This document shows, one piece after another, positions 33,728 to 43,126 of a stretch of DNA of 64,000 nucleotides. The stretch is from a virus, in the IMG/VR virus record IMGVR_UViG_3300045988_135886; one strand, 5' to 3'. A program made the position numbers and the translations under genes. The number at the start of each line of letters is the position of its first letter. Positions within the stretch are counted from its first letter, which is position 1. The notes under the pieces were generated by a model. It had not been told where the DNA came from and searched no databases. It saw only the letters and a program-made list of their open reading frames with translations.

Positions 33728-35738
33728 AAAATTCTTTTTCTGAAATTATCGGGATACCAAGCTGCATAGCTTTCACATTCTTGCTACTCTTTGACAATGT
33801 ATCATTATTAATAAGGTAGTTAGTTTTTTTAGTTACTGATCCTGTGACTTTACCTCCAAGAGACTCTATTTTCTCTACTAGAGCTGCTCTATTGGCAAAC
33901 TCGGTGAGTGTCCCAGTAATACAGAATATTGCCCCATTCAAAACATCTTTTACCGTCTCCTGAGAAATTTCTTCAAACTGGAATTCCGCAGCAAGCTCAG
34001 TTATGTATCTTTGATTTTCTTCAAAATAATTTTTCAAAGAAGAAGCTTTCGCAAAACCAAAGTCTTCCAAACATGTAAAATCATACTGAGAATCCATATC
34101 TTTAATAAAGCTATCAAAAGCTGTTTTTAACCCTTTTTCTCTTGCTCTCTTCTCTTCAACAATGTTTAGCTGCTTACTAACACTTCGACCGATTAAAGGT
34201 ATGGACAGCCCATAAAGGAATTTAGGCAGAGTTGTCTTGCGGCATTTTTCTATTGATTCCAGGATTTTATCAACCTTTTTTGCTCCTAGCCCTTGTAATG
34301 TCACTAACATTCCCCGGCAGTCTTTTAGATAAAATAAGTCTAAAGGCCCTTTAATAAATTCTTTCTCTATTAATAGACTCAGAGTAGATTTAGAAAGCCC
34401 TGTAATATCATGTGCTTCTTTGCTTACAAAAGTACATAATTCACCAAGAAGTTTCCCTTTACATTCAAGGTTCATGCACTGAAGCTCTTCTGTCTCATTT
34501 TCACCTGTAATTTTTACATGACCACCACAAATAGGGCACTTGTCAGGCACAGTAAACAATTTATCACTGTTTCTGGTCAGATTCTCTGCAATCTGCGGAA
34601 TGATCATATTTGCTTTATATACAGTGATCGTATCTCCTACTGACAGTTCATAACTTTTGAAAATACTCACATTATGTAAGCTAGCTCTTTCAACAATAGT
34701 ATCATCTATTTCAACCGGATCAAAAACTGCCACAGGTGTCAACTGTCCAGTCTTTCCCATGCTCCATTCCACATCTCTAATTACTGTTTCAAACTTATCA
34801 TCTGCAAATTTATATGCCAATTGTGATCGAACATGATGTGATGTGTTTCCTAAGCTTTCACTATAATCAATATCATCATATGAAAATACGATTCCATCAA
34901 TAGGAACATCTTTTTCTCTTGCGGTTTTTCTAAGTTCTTTAATATTCTCTTCAATATTATCAACTTTTACCCAAGGGACCACTTCAAATCCTAACAGATC
35001 TAATATCTGTAATCTTTTCATGAAACTATTTCCATCTATTCCACGAACGGCCTTCCAAGCAATGAACTTGATTTTTCTTTCTTTTGTAACGGAGTTATCA
35101 AGCTGTCTAACAGAGCCAGCAGTTAAATTTCTGATATTCTTAATACCATTATCTTTAATATATTTTTCTAATTCTTCACCAAAAAGTCCCTTTCTTTCTC
35201 CATCTTTTTTCAGATCAATATCTTTTAGCTCTTTAAGATAAGTATAATGATGGATTTCCATGACAGCTTCTCCATCAACTACTACTTCATCTTTATAAGG
35301 AATTTCCTTTGGAAGATTTACAAAACTGTTTGCTGTATGTAAAACATTCTCTCCGATGATTCCATTCCCTCTAGTTTCTGCAGCAACCAATTTACCATCT
35401 ATATATTTTACTGAAATAGTAAGCCCATCCATTTTTAGCATGGCTAATCCTGGCAAACCATTCATAAAACTTTCAACTTCATTTATATCCTTTGTTTTGT
35501 CTAAGGACAACATTGGATGATCATGTTCGACTTTTTCTAACTCACTAACTGTTTCTGAGCCAACATTGATAGTGGGACTGTTGGCTAAAATAATACCTGT
35601 AACTTTCTCAAGTTCTTTAAGTCGATCATATTTTTTATCATATTCATAATCAGAAATTAGAGAAGTATCTTCCATATAATACGCATGAGCATATATATTT
35701 AATTCTTCCACTAATTCACGCATTTCTTTTAAAAGCAC
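33693..35738 (-). CDS. ligA: NAD+-dependent DNA ligase
   Basis: Adenylation motif LKMDGLT, Zn finger CPICGG...C..LEC, HhH region, C-terminal BRCT (FCITGTL). GTG 35738 behind GGAGG; an ATG 15 nt downstream is also possible. Confidence 0.9.
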   Translation of the reverse strand: MLLKEMRELVEELNIYAHAYYMEDTSLISDYEYDKKYDRLKELEKVTGIILANSPTINVGSETVSELEKVEHDHPMLSLDKTKDINEVESFMNGLPGLAMLKMDGLTISVKYIDGKLVAAETRGNGIIGENVLHTANSFVNLPKEIPYKDEVVVDGEAVMEIHHYTYLKELKDIDLKKDGERKGLFGEELEKYIKDNGIKNIRNLTAGSVRQLDNSVTKERKIKFIAWKAVRGIDGNSFMKRLQILDLLGFEVVPWVKVDNIEENIKELRKTAREKDVPIDGIVFSYDDIDYSESLGNTSHHVRSQLAYKFADDKFETVIRDVEWSMGKTGQLTPVAVFDPVEIDDTIVERASLHNVSIFKSYELSVGDTITVYKANMIIPQIAENLTRNSDKLFTVPDKCPICGGHVKITGENETEELQCMNLECKGKLLGELCTFVSKEAHDITGLSKSTLSLLIEKEFIKGPLDLFYLKDCRGMLVTLQGLGAKKVDKILESIEKCRKTTLPKFLYGLSIPLIGRSVSKQLNIVEEKRAREKGLKTAFDSFIKDMDSQYDFTCLEDFGFAKASSLKNYFEENQRYITELAAEFQFEEISQETVKDVLNGAIFCITGTLTEFANRAALVEKIESLGGKVTGSVTKKTNYLINNDTLSKSSKNVKAMQLGIPIISEKEFLNKFVKKVLTR

Positions 35739-35995
35739 TCTTCTTCCTCCATTTTATACAATATAACATAATCTTTACCATGAACAAATTTTTCCCCTTC
35801 TCCAACTGGAACCTCTTCATAAAGCTTCGGCTCCAGTCTTATGTAGGAATCTCCGGTTTCTACTCTTACAACATCTCCCTCTTCATATATATTTTCAATT
35901 ACAAAGTTCATCCACCCCATTTCCATGCCATTTATGTGACAAATTAATCCAATTCTCTCCTCAGTTCCAAAACATTCATAAAGTCTCTCTAACAC
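35729..35995 (-). CDS. Hypothetical small protein
   Basis: GTG start 6 nt after GGAGGG; 88 aa. Confidence 0.5.
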   Translation of the reverse strand: MLERLYECFGTEERIGLICHINGMEMGWMNFVIENIYEEGDVVRVETGDSYIRLEPKLYEEVPVGEGEKFVHGKDYVILYKMEEEECF

Positions 35996-36041
35996 TGCAA
36001 TCCCTCCAATGTTCGAACGCTTGTTCGCTTATTATGTTTAA

Positions 36042-36082
36042 ATATTACCACACACAGCAAATTAAGTCAATCTATGTGTGGT
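36042..36082 (-). promoter_or_regulatory. Sigma70 promoter bracketed by an 8-bp inverted repeat
   Basis: Minus strand TTGACT(36070-36065)-17 nt-TAATAT(36047-36042). ACCACACA (36082-36075) and TGTGTGGT (36054-36047) flank the -35 box and spacer. Confidence 0.55.
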
Positions 36083-36090
36083 ATTATCTA

Positions 36091-36996
36091 TTATAAATAA
36101 CTATAAAATTTATTTTTAAGAGTTCCTTTGCCATAAGAACTTATATTATAATTTGAACTAACCATTTCAACATACTGGCTTTCAAAGATATCTTCCTTAG
36201 AAACATTATATTTCTTCATTATTTCTCTAAACTGCTCTACAATTCCGGCTGTATAGAGTCGAGGAATAGTCAGATACGGAATATTAAGCTCTTTTCTAAG
36301 CGCAATTAACCTATTTGTCAGTCTTAGATTTAAAGCTTCTAATGAATCACTACGTGTATTATTCCTGGAGTTAACAATATTCCCCTTCATACTTAATAAA
36401 GAAGCAGTTCCAGTAAAAGATATATACTCCTCCTCTTGTGAACTAACTTTAGCCAAGTCTACCAGCGTCTCTGACAAAGTTTTTTCCTCTCCGTTTTCGA
36501 AAGTAAGGATATTACCATTCAACTTACTTATTTTAGCTCTTAAAAGCTCACCGGGGGCTTCTGTTCTTACTCCTTCAAACAAAGCCAGAATTAAAAATTT
36601 ATCAGAATAGTTTCTAATTTTAGAAATATCCTTTAAAACCTGTTCTCTGCTGGGACACACCGCTCTCTCCTTATTAAGATATTTCTGTAGACTTTCAATT
36701 TCCATATTTATTTCATCATAGTGATTTATGTTGTCTATAGATATGTTGCAGGAACAACACCAGTCAGCATATTTCCGTAAAACACTTATATTTTTCCTTA
36801 AGGCATTTATTGATGAGGCTGCAAATGTAGACAACAATTTATCTATTTCAGAAAAAGTAAAATCACATAAGTCCTTGTTAAGTAAGTCCTCATAGTCTTC
36901 CGTTTTGTTAAAAAGAGCTTTCGCACTTTGTGGAGTTTGTCCGAGATCTTCTACTACATGTCGCAGATATTCTTTCTTCCGTTCTTCATTATACAT
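36091..36996 (-). CDS. Tyrosine-recombinase-like protein with degenerate catalytic residues
   Basis: ATG 36996 behind GAGGAGG. LALFEGVRTEAPGELLRAKISKL resembles recombinase box I, but no HxxR box or clear catalytic Tyr context was found. Confidence 0.4.
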   Translation of the reverse strand: MYNEERKKEYLRHVVEDLGQTPQSAKALFNKTEDYEDLLNKDLCDFTFSEIDKLLSTFAASSINALRKNISVLRKYADWCCSCNISIDNINHYDEINMEIESLQKYLNKERAVCPSREQVLKDISKIRNYSDKFLILALFEGVRTEAPGELLRAKISKLNGNILTFENGEEKTLSETLVDLAKVSSQEEEYISFTGTASLLSMKGNIVNSRNNTRSDSLEALNLRLTNRLIALRKELNIPYLTIPRLYTAGIVEQFREIMKKYNVSKEDIFESQYVEMVSSNYNISSYGKGTLKNKFYSYL

Positions 36997-36998
36997 AA

Positions 36999-38207
36999 TC
37001 ACACCTCCTCAAATAAAGCTTTTATTTTATTTACTTTCATGTTTGTAACACTATTAATAATCGGCACATCTTTTCCTAATGCACTTTCTATTTTTTCTGC
37101 ACATTCATATGCATCCTTTGAGATAGATGAACCATATAACACTACTGGCATAGTGGTGTCATCAAATACAACATCTGGATTATTCTCTTGAACTATCTTC
37201 AAAATATTTATGATAAATACCGCAGTTTTGATACACTGACTCCGGTTCATATTTTTAGTTTTAAGAATAAACTCCAATAATGAAAACAAAGTAGCTCTGT
37301 CTATTTCTCCTCTATGTGCTCTTTCAATTTTACCTCTTACTGGACTATCCAATGTGTTGTTTAGTTTGTCAATAATTATATTAGTAGGAGACGACTTATC
37401 CATAGAAGCTAAGTAACTTTTAGAAATCTTATTTCTCTTATCTTCCTGCTCAATATACTGACATGCTTTGTCTTCTGTAAAATTCATGATATTCAGAATA
37501 AAATTAAACTGAAAATCAGGATTCTTAATTTTCGTGTTTATTGCAGCTCTAAACCGGTGAAAACCATCAATGATATCAAATTTACCAGAATTAAGTATCA
37601 ATTCTGATCCAACAATATCAAAATCTACCTCTGGATCATCAACATTGAGATTAAGAGTTAAAGCATTAGGTACAAATTCTCCCTTGCTCATTAAACCTTC
37701 AATAGCTTTTACTGATGAAGAAACTATATCAATTGTATATGATACATCTTGTCCTCTACGTCTCTGTTTAAGTTGACGCTGAGTCCTTGGATTGTATATT
37801 ATAAGCTGGTTATCATAAAACTCTTTTAGTAAATCAATACTTATTTTTGTCACCCATTGATCTTCAGCTATCTCTATCACTGGACTTATTCTTATTGGAT
37901 AAATATTTGTTTTTAAATAATCTGCCTTTAGGCTCGAAAATCTTACTATTTCCTTATCAGAAAAATATGTTTTCATTTCCATATTTGTCCTAAAAACATT
38001 ATTAAACGCATCAATAAGCCAATACATTTCATTGTCTGGAATTTCATCTTTGCTTTTTGCTCCAATGATATACTGCATATATTCAATATCTGAATATTCA
38101 TATTTTTTCATAAGAAATTTTTGTACTTCTCTCTTGTAATATGAATTTTTCTGGATTTGAGAAAAATACTTATCCAGTATCTCATACAGGTTTTCACTTC
38201 TTAACAT
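36999..38207 (-). CDS. DGQHR/DndB-like ParB-fold protein
   Basis: YNPRTQRQLKQRR and IIDGFHRFRAA (DGxHR) motifs; 402 aa; SD AAGGAGG. Confidence 0.55.
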   Translation of the reverse strand: MLRSENLYEILDKYFSQIQKNSYYKREVQKFLMKKYEYSDIEYMQYIIGAKSKDEIPDNEMYWLIDAFNNVFRTNMEMKTYFSDKEIVRFSSLKADYLKTNIYPIRISPVIEIAEDQWVTKISIDLLKEFYDNQLIIYNPRTQRQLKQRRRGQDVSYTIDIVSSSVKAIEGLMSKGEFVPNALTLNLNVDDPEVDFDIVGSELILNSGKFDIIDGFHRFRAAINTKIKNPDFQFNFILNIMNFTEDKACQYIEQEDKRNKISKSYLASMDKSSPTNIIIDKLNNTLDSPVRGKIERAHRGEIDRATLFSLLEFILKTKNMNRSQCIKTAVFIINILKIVQENNPDVVFDDTTMPVVLYGSSISKDAYECAEKIESALGKDVPIINSVTNMKVNKIKALFEEV

Positions 38208-38247
38208 TTTGCAACCTCCTTTCTTGTATTATATCATTGTTTAGAAC

Positions 38248-39246
38248 TTATTTCAATAAACTATTTACATATTTAGCAGCTTCAGCATTAATAGGCTTTC
38301 GAACGATGTATCTTTGTGTCGTGTCAGGTCGAGAATGATTCATTAATTGCTGTACATATGCAATGTCTCCTGTCTGATCATATAATAATGTAGCAAAAGT
38401 ACTTCTAAATTTATGAGGAGTAATATGTTTTTCAAAATCTGCGGTATATGCCTTAACTAAATCTCTCACTGATTTGTCAGTGATTCTTGTTCGTCTGTTA
38501 GAAATAAAAAGAGCATTACAATCTCTTTTATTCAAAAGTTCTGCACGTTTTATTACCCAATTTCTTAAAATATCCATACTATCATCATCAAGTTCACATT
38601 CATAAGTGTTTCTGCGCTTATCAGTAACCCTAATAATCTTCTGATCCCAGAATATGTCTTCCATATTAAGTTCTGTAAGCGCAGTAACACGAATACCAGT
38701 TACCATAAGAAGAGTAAATATAGCAAGGTTTCTTTCCTTCCATGCTTCTCTTCTTGCGTTGGCCCTTTTTGTACCAATAGAATTATCATTTATTCTTTCA
38801 ACAACTTTTTTCAACTCTGCAGCTGTCATTGCAACCTGTTTAAGCGGATCTTTTACAGAAACTCTTTTTATGCCACAATCAAAAGGGTTCTCTGAAATCA
38901 TTTTCCTACTTAACAAATAATCAGCAAATGATTTTAATGCCGTATAAGTAGTTGCTTTAGCACTATCTGAACTGTATCCTCCATCTCTTCCTCTTAAACA
39001 AGAGAGATAAGAGTTTACATTGTCAATAGTCATCGCTCCATTACAATCTTCTATTGACTCTATAAACCCGTTTTCTTTCAAATAGTTCATAAACCTAACA
39101 GCCGTCATAGTATAATTTTGCGCAGTAAGATATTCGCATGAATTGAATAGACCATTATAATAACCAGTGAAATATTGTGGCTTATCCCTAAGCAATGCTC
39201 TCATCTTGCTTTCTGATTTATATTTATGTTCTTCTCTTCCTTTCAT
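38248..39246 (-). CDS. Tyrosine recombinase/integrase
   Basis: VTGIRVTALTEL (box I Arg), HKFRSTFATLL (HxxR), LMNHSRPDTTQRYI (catalytic Tyr). ATG 39246 behind GAGGTG. Confidence 0.8.
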   Translation of the reverse strand: MKGREEHKYKSESKMRALLRDKPQYFTGYYNGLFNSCEYLTAQNYTMTAVRFMNYLKENGFIESIEDCNGAMTIDNVNSYLSCLRGRDGGYSSDSAKATTYTALKSFADYLLSRKMISENPFDCGIKRVSVKDPLKQVAMTAAELKKVVERINDNSIGTKRANARREAWKERNLAIFTLLMVTGIRVTALTELNMEDIFWDQKIIRVTDKRRNTYECELDDDSMDILRNWVIKRAELLNKRDCNALFISNRRTRITDKSVRDLVKAYTADFEKHITPHKFRSTFATLLYDQTGDIAYVQQLMNHSRPDTTQRYIVRKPINAEAAKYVNSLLK

Positions 39247-39256
39247 GCAATTCACC

Positions 39257-39973
39257 TCACCATCTAAATTTGTGGTCTAATCCACTTCCACTAATTCCAT
39301 GTTTATTTCTTTGTTCAAGGATTTCTTTTCTTACTTTTTCATGCTTTGAATGAAAATAAGCTGCTGCTACCGCCCACATTGTTATCAGTAGACTCAAACC
39401 AGAAAGTCCAGCCATTAACAGTACAAATGATATTATTCCTAATATAACTATAGTCTTTGCATCAGACTCGTCCCAAACATCTACATGCTTTGCTGCCTTG
39501 GAATCAGGATCACTTGTTTCTCCCCATGTCCATGGATTCGGCAAAGGTATTGGCTCATAGTCATCTCTCACTACAGCAATAGGGAATGGATAAGCTTCTT
39601 CCATTTCAAAATCTAATGAGTCTACTTCTACTCGGACAGTACAATTGGGATGATAGTTCCAAACCTTATTCCCAGTTCTTACTACTTGAAAAGTTCCTTG
39701 CTGACCGGGCCTCAGTGCTTTTTCTGTCAGCTCAACTTCTTCATGTATAGGATATAGATTGAACCCGTATTTTTCATCCCAATTGTTTTTATTGTCTTCA
39801 GTAACTTTGAGCAATAATAAACCTGTATTTTGTTTTGCGTCTGTCATTTGTACCGGAGGCCATTTAGCATATTCATGCGCACTTTCATAAATTTCTTCCA
39901 ATGTTTTGCCAGGTACTCTATATGTCCAACCTGGCTTCATATCTCTTACTTTAACTTTCTTTCCCAAATTCAC
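39257..39973 (-). CDS. Hypothetical protein with C-terminal TM helices
   Basis: 238 aa, GTG start, IVILGIISFVLLMAGLSGLSLLITMWAVAAAYF. Confidence 0.5.
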   Translation of the reverse strand: MNLGKKVKVRDMKPGWTYRVPGKTLEEIYESAHEYAKWPPVQMTDAKQNTGLLLLKVTEDNKNNWDEKYGFNLYPIHEEVELTEKALRPGQQGTFQVVRTGNKVWNYHPNCTVRVEVDSLDFEMEEAYPFPIAVVRDDYEPIPLPNPWTWGETSDPDSKAAKHVDVWDESDAKTIVILGIISFVLLMAGLSGLSLLITMWAVAAAYFHSKHEKVRKEILEQRNKHGISGSGLDHKFRW

Positions 39974-40021
39974 CTTACCTTTCCTTAGTACAAAAAGATG
40001 GTTATTTACAGTTTATAGTAT

Positions 40022-40225
40022 TTATGTAGTTTTTTCAATAGGTCTCCATCCTACAACACACTTATCTGTCCAATTTCTCCATTCATAATTTCCATATTTT
40101 CCTTTAACCATTATATCTTTTCTTATAGCTCCATCTTTTAAAAGAATTTCTACTTCCTTATACAGTTCAGGAAAGTCTCCCCATTCTGTGTGCCAACTCG
40201 TATTTTTACCTTCTCTACCTTTCAA
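40022..40225 (-). CDS. Small DUF551-like protein
   Basis: TTG start without a clear SD; Trp-rich pattern ...VVGWRPIE. Confidence 0.35.
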   Translation of the reverse strand: MKGREGKNTSWHTEWGDFPELYKEVEILLKDGAIRKDIMVKGKYGNYEWRNWTDKCVVGWRPIEKTT

Positions 40226-40238
40226 TTCTATTTAGCAT

Positions 40239-40454
40239 TTATTTCTTATAGGGCTCACTGTTATATTTCCATGCTGTTATTTCTACTCTAACTTCATCGT
40301 CGGTTAACGACCAATACCAATCTCCATCATTTCTATACGCAAATGCATCACAATAAGGCTCATGATCGTTATATCCAATATATGTTACTTGTACATCTTC
40401 CATATCATCTGGTAATAAACCAGTACTAATGGGAGTCCAACTATTATTTTTCAT
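40239..40454 (-). CDS. Small DUF551-like protein
   Basis: SD AGGAGAA; SWTPISTGLLPDDMEDVQV...DWYWS...ITAWKY. Confidence 0.5.
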   Translation of the reverse strand: MKNNSWTPISTGLLPDDMEDVQVTYIGYNDHEPYCDAFAYRNDGDWYWSLTDDEVRVEITAWKYNSEPYKK

Positions 40455-40463
40455 ATTATTCTC

Positions 40464-40652
40464 CTATGTAACTAACCCAAACTCTTTAATAAGTCTCTGC
40501 ACAACCATCCGGTTACATTTCTTATAAGCAATAGACAATGTTTTCTTTACACCTTCTTTCTTATAAATTGAATGTCCACCAGTACAATGATCTAGTTCCC
40601 AGCCATTCTTTAGAATGATTCTCTCAACTTCTCTTCTGTTATAAGTTTTCAT
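40464..40652 (-). CDS. hicA: HicA-like (YcfA family) mRNA interferase toxin, orphan
   Basis: EVERIILKNGWELDHCTGGHSIYKK...VVQRLIKEFGL matches the HicA pattern (GxH, C-terminal I.K..GL); 62 aa. Confidence 0.5.
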   Translation of the reverse strand: MKTYNRREVERIILKNGWELDHCTGGHSIYKKEGVKKTLSIAYKKCNRMVVQRLIKEFGLVT

Positions 40653-40750
40653 ATTTCACCTTCTTTCATTTAAATATCCATTCAATAATAACTCTTGCTA
40701 TAACTCCTATTAAAAAATACTGCAATTTTATCCCCTTATTTTTATTTGTA

Positions 40751-41560
40751 TTATAAGAAATATCCAACTGTTTTATCCTTTGGCTTTCCCCAAATAGATT
40801 CGTACAGATACTCTACCGTACTAGGTGCAATTCCATGATAGTTACACAATTCTTTAAATACTTCATATTTTGGTCTGGCATCAATATCTTCAATTACTTC
40901 TCCTAATGAAGTTTCGGCATAGTTGGTGGCGCACCCATACATCGGAAGCGGCTCATATATGCTCTTCAATTCTTTATAGACTTCATCACTATATTTATGA
41001 ATATCATCATTTAACCCAGCAGAATCTGATTTATCAAGTTCCTTTTCTTTATCTCCTATAATTTCGCTTGCCTTGAACTGAATAACATTGCACATATGCC
41101 ACTGATAATCATCGTCAACACACGAATCAAACGAATTAACTTCAAATACATCATCGTCAGTTATGTCAATATTAAAATCATTAGCCATTTTAGCTGCTGA
41201 ATCTAACATATGATTTTTACATTCTTCCAAAGTGCCAATCTTCTCTACATAGAATCCAACACCTTCGTAAGCATGATGATAAATACAAAGATAATCTCCA
41301 TCTTTTATTTCAATTTCATGAATAGTGTTAACATAGAATTCTCCATCTCCGTATGAATAATCAATTCGCATGATCTGGTCGTCGGATCCGTCTACATTTT
41401 TATATTCAAGCTCACTTATTACTTCTTCTCGGCTTTCCTCTGTAATACTGACTAAGTTGTCTATAACCCATTTATGAGCCGCAAAAGCAGCTTCAAAAAA
41501 GTAAAAATATGGTTCTCTATAATGTTCACTATCCAATGTACATAGTAAATATATCTTCAT
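40751..41560 (-). CDS. Hypothetical acidic protein
   Basis: 269 aa, no motif recognised. Confidence 0.55.
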   Translation of the reverse strand: MKIYLLCTLDSEHYREPYFYFFEAAFAAHKWVIDNLVSITEESREEVISELEYKNVDGSDDQIMRIDYSYGDGEFYVNTIHEIEIKDGDYLCIYHHAYEGVGFYVEKIGTLEECKNHMLDSAAKMANDFNIDITDDDVFEVNSFDSCVDDDYQWHMCNVIQFKASEIIGDKEKELDKSDSAGLNDDIHKYSDEVYKELKSIYEPLPMYGCATNYAETSLGEVIEDIDARPKYEVFKELCNYHGIAPSTVEYLYESIWGKPKDKTVGYFL

Positions 41561-41563
41561 TTT

Positions 41564-42121
41564 TCACCTCCACTGTTTCCTTCTTTTACTTTGCATCTTC
41601 CAACCAGACACTTTGGATTCTTTCTCATAATCCCATGGATTTATTTTTCTTTTTGGTTTTATAGGCTTGAGAGTAATACCATATTCATTTCTTATTTCTA
41701 CAATCTCTTCTGGTGTAATACTTTTACGCTGATCCGGCACTGTTGAAGCCCAATGAATATTCCATCCATGATGTTTATGATATGTACGATAGTATTTCTT
41801 TTTATATTTCTTAGTAAGCTGATGAAAGTCTCGTACATTACCATAATCATCCATGATCAAATATCTGTGATATTCGTGTGGGTAATACATAAAATCCCAA
41901 TCGTTATCCGTTCTAACATATTCACTATCAAAATAGTTGAATGAATGGTAAAAATTAATACTTCTTGTGCTGTATGGGAACTTCAACTTAAAGTATGTAT
42001 ACAGCTCTTTAGTCCCCTCTACATATCCTACATATTCCCATGGAAGCCATTTATATATGCTATAGTCGCAATGCCATTCTGTACGCTTTGTACGCTGCAT
42101 ATAAATATGGTATTCTCTCAT
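41564..42121 (-). CDS. Hypothetical basic Tyr/Trp/His-rich protein
   Basis: ATG 42121 behind AGGAGGG; track N-terminal extension rejected. Confidence 0.55.
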   Translation of the reverse strand: MREYHIYMQRTKRTEWHCDYSIYKWLPWEYVGYVEGTKELYTYFKLKFPYSTRSINFYHSFNYFDSEYVRTDNDWDFMYYPHEYHRYLIMDDYGNVRDFHQLTKKYKKKYYRTYHKHHGWNIHWASTVPDQRKSITPEEIVEIRNEYGITLKPIKPKRKINPWDYEKESKVSGWKMQSKRRKQWR

Positions 42122-42166
42122 AACTACCCTCCTATCAGCCCCTCTCAAGAAGAGAGAGGCTATTTT

Positions 42167-43108
42167 TTATATGGCACAAAGAAATCTATGAGTATCTTTT
42201 TCATACTTATATATTTTCCTTGTGAGGAAATCTTCTTTAGGTGTCGCCTCTTCCAACGTATCCTGTAAGATTATTGATAAGTCTACCGCATCAACAGCAT
42301 CTGCTTTATGTACCATTACCTCATGTACACTGGTAAACACTAAATACAAATCTGAATCCAGTACATCAGCAAAGCGTTCAGCCACACCGGGATAAAATAT
42401 AGCTACCGCACCGTTTGTTTTCTTTGCTGTAGTTAGACAATTTCCAATAAGATCTTGGCTAATTGCTTCTTCTGTACCAGGACTCATAAACTCTTCTCCT
42501 TCATATTCCGGATTAAAGAGCATCTGATCCCATCTGTAAATTCTCGGTGGATACATACGTTCTGTGTTTCTTAATGCTTCTTCCAGAATATTGTCTTCAC
42601 TTAAGGTCAAACCATCTTCCTTCCATTTCTCTACTACAGATTTAAAAATCTTAGTGCTCATAATGTTTCCATCACATTCAGACACCTTCATATATAATAC
42701 CTGAGCAATATCACCTATTCTTTTATAAACAGCATTACTCAATTCTTTAGAATTATCATCATAATTAAGCAGCCTTATAAAAAGAGAGCCTTTAACAGTT
42801 TCATAGTTCCAAATTTTCTTTGTTTTTTCATAAGAATTTTGTCCTTGTAACTGTCTAATGTCTCTTACAGTACTATCAAGAATAGTGTCAAATGATGCTC
42901 CATTTAAGAATTCTCTAAAAAGCTCTTTTGTATGTATTCCACAGATCTCATAGGCATCATCATGCTCTGCAAACTTCACCAGCAGTCTGTCTCCTGTCGG
43001 AGAAAATCTATCTCCATCTTTTGAAAATTCTATATTCTCAATAGGAATATTGATAGCTGCACTTATTTTATTTTTAAGTTCTTCCACAAACATTTCATAG
43101 TTCATCAT
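42167..43108 (-). CDS. Hypothetical protein
   Basis: 313 aa, SD GAGGGA, no motif recognised. Confidence 0.55.
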   Translation of the reverse strand: MMNYEMFVEELKNKISAAINIPIENIEFSKDGDRFSPTGDRLLVKFAEHDDAYEICGIHTKELFREFLNGASFDTILDSTVRDIRQLQGQNSYEKTKKIWNYETVKGSLFIRLLNYDDNSKELSNAVYKRIGDIAQVLYMKVSECDGNIMSTKIFKSVVEKWKEDGLTLSEDNILEEALRNTERMYPPRIYRWDQMLFNPEYEGEEFMSPGTEEAISQDLIGNCLTTAKKTNGAVAIFYPGVAERFADVLDSDLYLVFTSVHEVMVHKADAVDAVDLSIILQDTLEEATPKEDFLTRKIYKYEKDTHRFLCAI

Positions 43109-43126
43109 AACTAATCCCTCTCTTTC

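Noticed and set aside
40239-40454. HicB antitoxin next to HicA
   Set aside because: The adjacent 71-aa protein has a DUF551-like Trp pattern and no RHH/HTH or HicB N-terminal fold signature. HicA is therefore reported as an orphan.
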